Source: an uncultured Actinomycetes bacterium (lineage in GTDB: Bacteria; Actinomycetota; Rubrobacteria; Rubrobacterales; Rubrobacteraceae). From it: 43,318 nucleotides of DNA. The stretch is from positions 1-43,318 of the forward strand of contig CALMWA010000310.1 of assembly GCA_937873125.1 (NCBI GenBank), written 5' to 3'. Every line of letters begins with the position of its first letter. Within the stretch, counting starts at the first letter, position 1. Below are positions 36,260-43,318 of this stretch, piece after piece. A program made the position numbers and the translations under genes. The notes beneath the pieces were generated by a model that was not told where the DNA came from, did not search any database, and saw nothing but the letters and a program-made list of their open reading frames with translations.

Positions 36260-37105
36260 GTGTATTCAGGGATGGAAAGGGGAGGGGTGCAGATACGGCG
36301 AGCGGTTGTGTTTCCCGGACAGGGGACTACGGGAGGCGAGGTGTCGGGCGGGATCCAGGCCGCCGTCCAACAACAGGCCGGTGAGGGTGAAGTCCCGTAT
36401 CAGCTCTCCGTCTTCGCAAGCTCGGTCGATCTGCTGGACAAGCTGCGCGATAAGGGCGTCGAGCCTGAGGTGGTAGCCGGGCACTCGCTGGGCGAGTACG
36501 CAGCCGCCCATGCCGCCGGCAGCCTGAGCCTCGAAGACGGCGTGCGTCTCGTGGCCGAGAGGGACCGGCTGATGAACGAGGCTTCCCGCGAGAATCCCGG
36601 TGTGATGGTCGCCCTCATAAAGGCGGACCCGATGGACGTAGTTTCCGCAGTCGAGGAGGCGGAGGGCGTCGTGGTGGCGGCGAACTTCAACACGCCGCGG
36701 CAGACGGTGATCTCCGGCGAGGAGAAGGCCGTGCAGGCGGTCGCGGATTCCTTGAACGGCCGCAAGGTCCGGCTGGAGGTCGCAGGGGCGTTCCACTCGC
36801 CGCTGATGCTCGAAGCATCGAGGGCGATGTCGCGTTTGCTGCTGGACGTCGAGTTACAGAGGCCGGAGATCCCGATGGTCAGCGCGACGGACGGGGCGAT
36901 CTTGGCGACCGTGGATGATTTGCGTCAGGCTCTCATGGGGCAGATGCTTTCGCCCGTGCGGTGGGTGGCGGTGATCGAGCGCTTCCGGGATCTGGGGGTG
37001 CGCGAGGTGGTCGAGGCCGGGGAGGGAGGCACACTGACCCGCATGTTGCGGGACTTCCCGCAGGACCGGATGAAGGGCACGACCGCGAAGGAGGTGCTCG
37101 CATGA
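36260..37105 (+). CDS. fabD: Malonyl-CoA:ACP transacylase
   Basis: Motifs seen: FPGQG, active-site GHSLGEY, and GAFHSPLM. The true start may be ATG 36272 or GTG 36287, just before VVFPGQG. Confidence 0.85.
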   Translation: MYSGMERGGVQIRRAVVFPGQGTTGGEVSGGIQAAVQQQAGEGEVPYQLSVFASSVDLLDKLRDKGVEPEVVAGHSLGEYAAAHAAGSLSLEDGVRLVAERDRLMNEASRENPGVMVALIKADPMDVVSAVEEAEGVVVAANFNTPRQTVISGEEKAVQAVADSLNGRKVRLEVAGAFHSPLMLEASRAMSRLLLDVELQRPEIPMVSATDGAILATVDDLRQALMGQMLSPVRWVAVIERFRDLGVREVVEAGEGGTLTRMLRDFPQDRMKGTTAKEVLA

Positions 37106-37551
37106 AGACACCGCTGGGACCGGCGGAGATCCGGGCTCTCATCCCGCACCGGTATCCTTTTCTCCTCGTGGACCGGATAGATGAGATCGAGCCGGGCGTC
37201 CGGGCCGTTGGTATAAAGAATGTCACCCAGAACGAGCCGTTCTTTCAGGGACACTTCCCCGACTACCCCGTGATGCCGGGCGTCCTTATCGTAGAGGCCA
37301 TGGCCCAGGTCGGCGCGGTGGGGGTGATGGCGATAGAGGAGTACCGCCAAAAGCTGACGCTCTTCGCCGGGATCGACGGTGTTAGGTTCCGGCGACAAGT
37401 GATACCGGGGGACGTACTGCGGATGGAGGTCGAGATAGCGCGTCTCAAGGGGAGTGTGGGACGCGGAAAAGGCCGCGCCACGGTCAACGGGGAGCGGGTC
37501 TGCGAGGCGGACCTGATGTTCGCATTCGCGGAGAGGGGAGAGGTCGAGTGA
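37102..37551 (+). CDS. fabZ: 3-hydroxyacyl-ACP dehydratase FabZ
   Basis: Motifs seen: [13 protein letters not shown] and [26 protein letters not shown] 37102 overlaps the fabD stop (ATGA), with GAAGGAGG 7 nt upstream. I rejected the track start at 36961. Confidence 0.9.
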   Translation: MKTPLGPAEIRALIPHRYPFLLVDRIDEIEPGVRAVGIKNVTQNEPFFQGHFPDYPVMPGVLIVEAMAQVGAVGVMAIEEYRQKLTLFAGIDGVRFRRQVIPGDVLRMEVEIARLKGSVGRGKGRATVNGERVCEADLMFAFAERGEVE

Positions 37552-38294
37552 TCGAGTCCGGCAGGGTGGCGGTCGTTACCGGCGGAGGCCGCGGGATAGG
37601 ACGGGCAATAGCCGTCCGGTTGGCCCAGGAGGGTGCGAACATCGCCATCTCCTACCGCTCGAACGACGAAGCCGCCGAGGAGACAGCCGCTCTGGTCAGC
37701 GAGACCGGCGTCGAGAGCGGGCTGTTCAAGGGAGACGTTGCGGAGTCAGGCGACGTGTCGGCGTTGTTCGCGGGTGTGCAGGAGAAGTTCGGGCGTGTGG
37801 ATATTCTGGTCAACAACGCGGGTACTACGCGGGACAACCTGATGATGCGGATGAAGGAAGAGGAGTTCGACGAGGTGCTGCGGACGAACCTCAAGGGAAC
37901 GTACTTGTGTACGCGGGCGGTATTGCGGTCGATGGTGCGGGCGCGATGGGGTCGAATCGTGAACATAAGCTCAGTCGTGGGGCTCGTCGGAAATGCGGGT
38001 CAGGCGAATTATGCAGCTTCCAAAGCAGGAATTATCGGGTTTACGAAGAGCGTGGCGCGGGAGGTTGCGCAGCGGGGGATCACGGTCAACGCGGTCGCTC
38101 CAGGGTATGTGGAGACGGAGCTTACGGGCGGGTTGCCGGAGGCGGTGAAAGATCAGATAAAGGCCCAGGTCCCGACTGGCCGTTTCGGGGAGCCGGAGGA
38201 GGTGGCCGAAGTCGTCGCGTTTCTCGCCGGCGAGGGAGCCGGATACATCACCGGGCAGACGCTTGCCGTGGATGGCGGGATGACCATGCAGTAG
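37548..38294 (+). CDS. fabG: 3-oxoacyl-ACP reductase
   Basis: SDR motifs [12 protein letters not shown], and S...YAASKAG are present, with a [11 protein letters not shown]-terminus. Confidence 0.9.
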   Translation: MIESGRVAVVTGGGRGIGRAIAVRLAQEGANIAISYRSNDEAAEETAALVSETGVESGLFKGDVAESGDVSALFAGVQEKFGRVDILVNNAGTTRDNLMMRMKEEEFDEVLRTNLKGTYLCTRAVLRSMVRARWGRIVNISSVVGLVGNAGQANYAASKAGIIGFTKSVAREVAQRGITVNAVAPGYVETELTGGLPEAVKDQIKAQVPTGRFGEPEEVAEVVAFLAGEGAGYITGQTLAVDGGMTMQ

Positions 38295-38391
38295 ACGTGC
38301 GGGGGGTGGATTTGCGCTACACTACGCGCTATCTTCACCGGGAGAAGGTGAACCTTGTTGGGAGATGGAAGAACCGCAAAGGAGAGACAGA

Positions 38392-38637
38392 GTGAGCCGA
38401 GACGAGATACTGGCGAAGATACAGGAGATAACCGCCGACCGGTTGGGTGTGGACGAGGGTGACGTCACGCCCGACGCCTCTTTCCGTGAGGACCTGGAGG
38501 CCGACTCGCTAGACTTGGTGGAGTTGATCATGGAGCTAGAAGAGCAGTTCGGGATGGAGATCCCGGACGACGACGCCGAGAAGATCACGACGGTCGAAGA
38601 GGCGGTTGACTACGTGTCGGAGCACCAGGCAGCGTGA
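38392..38637 (+). CDS. acpP: Acyl carrier protein
   Basis: The phosphopantetheine site is [23 protein letters not shown] 38392 has GGAGAG 5 nt upstream and gives a typical 81 aa. The track start at 38365 adds 9 residues. Confidence 0.9.
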   Translation: MSRDEILAKIQEITADRLGVDEGDVTPDASFREDLEADSLDLVELIMELEEQFGMEIPDDDAEKITTVEEAVDYVSEHQAA

Positions 38638-39902
38638 CGCAGGACGCTCCAAACGGCGAGCGGACCGGCAACGGCTACGCGCTGATCACCGGCACGGGGG
38701 CCGTTACGCCTCTGGGCACCGGGACCGAGAACTTCTGGGACGCGGCGCTGCACGGCAAGAGCGGCATCGGGGAGATAACGCTCTTCGACTCCTCGCCCTA
38801 CCCGTCGCACATAGCCGGCGAGTGCTCGGACTTCGACCCGACGGACTTCATGAGCAAGAAGGAAGCGCGCCGTATGGACCGCTTCGCCCAGTTCGGCATC
38901 GCCGCCGGTATACAGGCCGCCGAGAGTGCCGGCATCGTGGATCTCATCCGGGAGAAGCCGGAACGGGTCGGTATCGTGATGGGCAGCGGCATCGGCGGGC
39001 TCACGACCTGGGAGCGGGAGTACGCCGTTTTGCACGAGCGAGGTCCAGGCCGGGTCAGCCCGTTCCTGATCCCGATGATGGTCCCGAACATGGCCGCCGG
39101 CCAGCTCGCGATAACCCTCGGCGCTCAGGGGCCGTCGCAGGCCCCCGTGCTCGCCTGCGCCACGGGCGGAGAAGCTATTGCCGAGGGTCTTGAGTTGATC
39201 CGCCGCGGCGACGCCGACGTGGTGATCGCCGGTTCTTCCGAGGCGCCGATCACACCCTTGAGCATGGCCGGATTTTGCGCGATCCGGGCGATCTCGACGC
39301 GCAACGACGAACCTCAGCGCGCGAGCCGCCCCTTCGACGCCGGGCGCGACGGCTTCGTGATGAGCGAGGGCGCCGGAGCGGTCGTTCTGGAGAGCGTCGA
39401 GCACGCGGCGCGGCGCGGCGCGGAGCCGATAGCCGCCGTTGCGGGCTACGGGCGCTCGACCGACGCCTACCACGTAACGGCCCCGGACCAGCAAGGCCGC
39501 GGCGTGGAGTGGGCGATGTACGCCGCCCTCAAGGACTCCGGTCTGACGGCCGAGGACATCGGGCACGTCAACGCTCATGCCACGTCTACTCCGACCGGAG
39601 ACGGGCCGGAGACGAAGGCCATATCGCGGGTTATGCCGCACGCGCTGGTCTCCGGAACGAAGTCCATGACGGGCCATTCGTTCGGAGCGGTTGGCGCGAT
39701 GGAGGGCATCATGTGCGCCCTGGCGATCAAGAACAAGATAGTGCCGCCAACGTTGAACCTGGACGATTTGGCGGAGGACTGCGAGCCGCTAAACTATGTC
39801 GGCGCCGAGGCGCAGAAAGCCCCGAATCTGCGGGCCGCAATCTCTAACTCGATGGGATTTGGCGGGCACAATGTCGTCGTAGCGTTCAGGGATGTAGAAT
39901 AG
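38634..39902 (+). CDS. fabF: 3-oxoacyl-ACP synthase II
   Basis: Active-site ACATGG is present, along with the two catalytic His motifs (NAHATSTP and GHSFGAVG) and NSMGFGGHN. Confidence 0.92.
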   Translation: MTQDAPNGERTGNGYALITGTGAVTPLGTGTENFWDAALHGKSGIGEITLFDSSPYPSHIAGECSDFDPTDFMSKKEARRMDRFAQFGIAAGIQAAESAGIVDLIREKPERVGIVMGSGIGGLTTWEREYAVLHERGPGRVSPFLIPMMVPNMAAGQLAITLGAQGPSQAPVLACATGGEAIAEGLELIRRGDADVVIAGSSEAPITPLSMAGFCAIRAISTRNDEPQRASRPFDAGRDGFVMSEGAGAVVLESVEHAARRGAEPIAAVAGYGRSTDAYHVTAPDQQGRGVEWAMYAALKDSGLTAEDIGHVNAHATSTPTGDGPETKAISRVMPHALVSGTKSMTGHSFGAVGAMEGIMCALAIKNKIVPPTLNLDDLAEDCEPLNYVGAEAQKAPNLRAAISNSMGFGGHNVVVAFRDVE

Positions 39903-39913
39903 TTCGATACGAG

Positions 39914-40573
39914 ATGTCCATAAAGGATCTCATAGCGATACTTCCAGAGCCGCTGAGGCAGCGCTCGCTCACGCACCCCAGCGTCGCGGACCCTTACGAC
40001 TCGAACGGCCGGCTGGAGTTCCTGGGAGACGCCATCCTCAATACTCGCGTGGCGGAGTTGGTTTTTCACAGTTACCCCGAATTGCTCGAAGGAGACCTGA
40101 CGCGCATCCGGGCGCACCTGGTTCGTAAGACATTTTTGGCGACGGTCGGGCGGAGTGAGGGACTGGAAGAGATTATCGAAAGCTCTGTCATAAACGACTC
40201 CGTCATCGCCGATACCGTGGAGGCGATACTTGGAGCAGCGTATCTCATAGACCGGGACCTCGCCTGTCGCACTATAGACGAGATCTTTAACCCCGCCGAA
40301 GTAGATACCGATGAGCTTCGCGATTGGAAGACACTCCTTCAAGAGACGCTTCAGGCGGATGGCTTACGCCCGACTTATCATGTCCTGTCCAAGCAGGGGC
40401 CGCCGCACCGTCCGAGCTTCGTCTCCGAAGTCTCCGTGGAGGGTCGTAACGTGGGGACGGGCGAGGGACATTCCATCAAGGAGAGCGAGCAGGCGGCCGC
40501 CCGGACGGCACTGGAGATCCTCGGAATCCGCCCCGTACCACGCTCGGCTGTCGAGGTACACGTAGGAGCGTAA
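39914..40573 (+). CDS. rnc: Ribonuclease III
   Basis: The signature is GRLEFLGDAIL. The second catalytic cluster is ADTVEAILGAAYLD. The C-terminal dsRBD reads PTYHVLSKQGPPHRPSFVSEV...GEGHSIKESEQAAAR. Confidence 0.9.
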   Translation: MSIKDLIAILPEPLRQRSLTHPSVADPYDSNGRLEFLGDAILNTRVAELVFHSYPELLEGDLTRIRAHLVRKTFLATVGRSEGLEEIIESSVINDSVIADTVEAILGAAYLIDRDLACRTIDEIFNPAEVDTDELRDWKTLLQETLQADGLRPTYHVLSKQGPPHRPSFVSEVSVEGRNVGTGEGHSIKESEQAAARTALEILGIRPVPRSAVEVHVGA

Positions 40574-40644
40574 CGTCAATTGGCTGCCAATTTGCTGCAC
40601 TTTCGCGTGCTTTGCAAGTGAATTGTGCGTAAAATGCGTCCGTA

Positions 40645-43318
40645 GTGCTATCGGCGGTCTACATCAAGGGGTTCAAGACTTTCGCCCGCCCGGTACGGAT
40701 GCCCCTCGAAGGGGGCCTAACCGCCATAGTCGGCCCTAATGGATCCGGCAAGAGTAACATCACGGACGCGGTGCTCTTTGCGTTCGGGGAGCAGAGTCCC
40801 GGGGTGTTGCGGGCGGGGGCGATGGGAGATTTGATCTTCTCGGGCTCCGAGACCCTCCCGGCCTCCAGCGTCGCCGAGGTAACTCTGGTGCTGGATAACG
40901 AGTCCGGTGAGATCTCGCTGCCCTACCAGGAGGTCTCGATCTCCCGCCGCATCTCCCGCACCGGTGATACCGAATACCGGGTGAACGGCTCCCGCTCGCG
41001 GCTCGCGGACGTGCGGGCTATCGCTGGGGAAGCAGGCCTCGGCCGGCACAGTATCCTGCGGCAGGGCGCGGTGGACGCCATAGTCGCCGGAGGCGCCGCC
41101 GCCTGCCGGCTGGCCCTGGAGGAGGCGGCGGGGTTAGGTGTGTACCGACGGCGGCGCCTCTCTTCGAGCCGCCGCTTAGAGAAAGCCGAGGCCCAGCTAG
41201 AGCAGAGCCGGCAACTGGAGGCGGAGCTCGCCGCCCAGCTCCGGCGCATTGAGCGCGAAGCCGTAGCCGCGCGAGAGTATCGCGAGGTTGAAGCCCGGTA
41301 CCGCAAGCTCTCCCTGGCCCATCTCTTCCGCGTCGCGGACCAGGGCCTCGACGAGCGCCGCCAACAGCTCGAAAAATCCGAAAGATCCGTCGCGCAACTC
41401 TCCGCACAGGAGGCGTCACTGCGCGAGGAAGAGGCCGGCATCTCCCCGGAGGCCGTGCGTCTCGAAAGCACCATGCGAACTCTGGAGCGCCGGCTGGAAG
41501 CGCTGGAAGAGGTGGAAGAGGATCTCCGCACAGAGACGATGCGCGCCGATCGGACACTCTTCCGGGTGGAGGCGCGTGCCGGCGGCGAGGGTGACCGCCA
41601 GCGCAACATCGCCATGCTCCGAGCCGAACTGGAGCGCATAGAGAGCGCGCTGAAGACCATGCAGCGGGAGTTGGACCTTCTGAACGCCGACCACGCGCGC
41701 AAGCGCGAGCAGCGCGAGGAGCTTCACCGGACGCTGACCCGCGACCGCGAACGTCAGGCAGAGACTGACAAGTCCCGTTCCCGGCTCTCCACCGAGATCG
41801 AAAGTCTTCGCGGTCGTCATGAGCGGGTCGTCGCCCGCAGTGCAACCTCCGGCGCTGTAAAAGAAGACTATCTCGTAGACTTGGTGGACGTCGTGGGCGA
41901 ACTGGAGTCTCTAAGCGGCGCGAGTGCCACGGTCTCCGGTCGCGGGCTCCGGGATAAATTAAACGGCTTGCGCACTGCTCTAGATAAGCGCGCGGCCGAG
42001 GTTAACCGCCGCAGTGGTGTCCTGGAAGCCGCCCTGGGTAAGACGGAGGCCGGCATCCGGGCACTGCAAGATTTCGACACGCGAAACGGAAGCGGCCCCC
42101 GCTTGCACGAGGTCATCCGGGCCAAACCCGGCTTTGAAGGCGCCGTCGAAGCCGCGCTCGGGGATGCGGCGGCCGGTCTGCTCGCCGAGAACCTGAGCGA
42201 AGGCATGAAGCTCCTCTCCGACTCCGAACCCGTCGCGTTGCGGCTGGACGCCCGACCGCTGATCCACGATGATGCACATCCCGGCGTGCGGCTGCTCGAC
42301 TGTGTGGAACTGGTCAACGAGGAGTACGCAGAAGCCGTGGAGAGTCTGCTAGGCGGTATCTACGTCGTGGACGACCCATCCCACGACCACCCCGAGAACG
42401 GCCATGTGGTCGTTACGCGCAACGGCCTGCGCTTCACCCGCACGAGCGTGCGGCGGCACGCGGCAGGAGGCCGCTTCTCCCGACAAGCGCGATTGGCCGA
42501 AGAGCGCGAGCGCCTTCGGATGCTGAAGGAAGGTCCCGGCGGATTGCTCTATGATCACCGGAAGCAACTAACCGTAGCGGGGCGGCAACTAGAGGCCGTC
42601 GTCCATTTCACGCAGACGAACCTCACTCTCGCCGCCCGCGCGGAACGAGCTTGCACCGCCTTGGTGCGCGAAGCGCGCTCCCGTAAAACCCGCATGGAGC
42701 GTAGGCGAGAGACTCTCCTGCAAAACGAACGTGACATAATTAGCGTCAGCAACGATTTGGTGCGGGTCGAGGCATCGCTCGCAGCCGCCAACGAGGCGGC
42801 GCAACAGGCACGTCAGGACGTGGCTACTTCCACTGCAGTTTATGAGAAAGCCGAAGCCGCGTTTGCCCAGGTAGATCGCCGGAAGAACCGGTTGCGCGCC
42901 GCCGTCTCCGAAGGCCGCCAGCGCCGCGACAACATCGCGGAGCAACTCGGGCGCTTGGCAGAAACACCGGCCGAAGGGTTGGATCTCCCCGCGCGCCTGG
43001 CTACCAGGGTGGTCGAGATTTCGCAAGCGCTCTCCCCGGCCGTCCGGGAGCGTCGCAGCCGGCTGCGACGGGCGCGCTCCGAGGCGGAGGACGAGCACCG
43101 GCAGCTCTCGCAGGCCAGGACAGACCTCTCCCGCCGGGCCGTGGACCTCGCCCGCGATCTCGCGACCGCCCGCGCCGAAGCCGAACACGCCCGCCAGGAC
43201 CTCCAGCAGGCCGAGAACGCCTCCTCCGAAGCCCTCGAAGAGCTTCAGGCCGAGTGGGGCTCTACCCTCGACGTCGCCCGGCGCGAAGCCGCCACCCACG
43301 GCCCCGAAACCGAGGCCG
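40645..43318 (+). CDS. smc: Chromosome segregation protein SMC (N-terminal head, coiled coil and hinge; 3' end beyond the window)
   Basis: Not in the ORF track because no stop occurs in the window. My translation from GTG 40645 reads VLSAVYIKGFKTFARPVRMPLEGGLTAIVGPNGSGKSNITDAVLFAFGEQS..., with the Walker A motif, long heptad-rich coiled coil, and hinge (around 42100-42440: VIRAKPGFEGAVEAALG...LLGGIYVVDD). I checked that the frame stays open at the last line of the window. Confidence 0.9.
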   Translation, partial: MLSAVYIKGFKTFARPVRMPLEGGLTAIVGPNGSGKSNITDAVLFAFGEQSPGVLRAGAMGDLIFSGSETLPASSVAEVTLVLDNESGEISLPYQEVSISRRISRTGDTEYRVNGSRSRLADVRAIAGEAGLGRHSILRQGAVDAIVAGGAAACRLALEEAAGLGVYRRRRLSSSRRLEKAEAQLEQSRQLEAELAAQLRRIEREAVAAREYREVEARYRKLSLAHLFRVADQGLDERRQQLEKSERSVAQLSAQEASLREEEAGISPEAVRLESTMRTLERRLEALEEVEEDLRTETMRADRTLFRVEARAGGEGDRQRNIAMLRAELERIESALKTMQRELDLLNADHARKREQREELHRTLTRDRERQAETDKSRSRLSTEIESLRGRHERVVARSATSGAVKEDYLVDLVDVVGELESLSGASATVSGRGLRDKLNGLRTALDKRAAEVNRRSGVLEAALGKTEAGIRALQDFDTRNGSGPRLHEVIRAKPGFEGAVEAALGDAAAGLLAENLSEGMKLLSDSEPVALRLDARPLIHDDAHPGVRLLDCVELVNEEYAEAVESLLGGIYVVDDPSHDHPENGHVVVTRNGLRFTRTSVRRHAAGGRFSRQARLAEERERLRMLKEGPGGLLYDHRKQLTVAGRQLEAVVHFTQTNLTLAARAERACTALVREARSRKTRMERRRETLLQNERDIISVSNDLVRVEASLAAANEAAQQARQDVATSTAVYEKAEAAFAQVDRRKNRLRAAVSEGRQRRDNIAEQLGRLAETPAEGLDLPARLATRVVEISQALSPAVRERRSRLRRARSEAEDEHRQLSQARTDLSRRAVDLARDLATARAEAEHARQDLQQAENASSEALEELQAEWGSTLDVARREAATHGPETEA

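Noticed and set aside
38334-38352. Hairpin TTCACC-gggagaa-GGTGAA in the fabG-acpP spacer, considered as a possible processing or attenuation element.
   Set aside because: It has only 6 bp, is not followed by a U-run, and has no supporting conservation information. It is too weak to call.
39914-40573. The rnc gene has lower GC than its neighbours (roughly 55% by eye). Its RNase III signature reads NGRLEFLGD instead of NERLEFLGD.
   Set aside because: The metal-binding residues are present: the E and D in LEFLGD, and the D and E in ADTVEA. From memory, the first Glu of the signature is not essential in E. coli RNase III. The GC dip is gradual across the whole gene, not a sharp patch as in alaS, so it gives no clear evidence of anything unusual.

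Overview
High-GC (about 65%) bacterial chromosomal segment. It is densely packed and almost entirely housekeeping. I call 43 protein-coding genes and one riboswitch. I saw no tRNA or rRNA genes, CRISPR arrays, transposases, integrases or phage genes.

Gene order, left to right:
- A minus-strand operon: NodB-like deacetylase, ACAD-fold flavoprotein, NodS-like methyltransferase.
- aspS, then a lipoprotein.
- A nifS-like cysteine desulfurase followed by an IscU-like::MnmA fusion.
- DUF948 and YtxH stress-type proteins, then a 92-aa protein translationally coupled to a SigB/F-type sigma factor.
- alaS-ruvX-mltG.
- pilB (three N-terminal GSPII/MshEN domains), pilT and pilC.
- A small membrane protein, then a FUSC/ArAE-type membrane protein.
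- About 0.5 kb of low-GC non-coding DNA, then a second SigB/F-type sigma factor.
- rpe, then an FMN riboswitch with ribD-ribE-ribBA-ribH.
- rpmB, then fakA(yloV)-degV-recG.
- An RsmD::CoaD in-frame fusion, a coiled-coil protein, then yceD-rpmF-plsX-fabH-fabD-fabZ-fabG-acpP-fabF-rnc-smc (smc is truncated at the window end).

The synteny mixes the Bacillus-type and E. coli-type arrangements (detailed in the fab-region finding). Together with the GC content this suggests a deep-branching Actinomycetota-like lineage such as Rubrobacter. That is a guess and was not verified.

Nine gene junctions are 4-nt start/stop overlaps (GTGA, ATGA or TTGA). I used these to correct several over-long ORF-track starts.

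I found no clear-cut novel multi-gene system such as a defence island. The points most worth follow-up are:
1. The NifS plus IscU-like::C-type MnmA thiolation module.
2. The PilF-like triple-MshEN pilus ATPase.
3. A mini RsbW/UsfX-like candidate anti-sigma factor coupled to a sigma gene.
4. The 0.5-kb low-GC non-coding region upstream of the second sigma factor.
5. A roughly 370-nt low-GC, recoded patch inside alaS.
6. The RsmD::CoaD fusion.

All functional calls come from motif recognition by eye. No database search was run.
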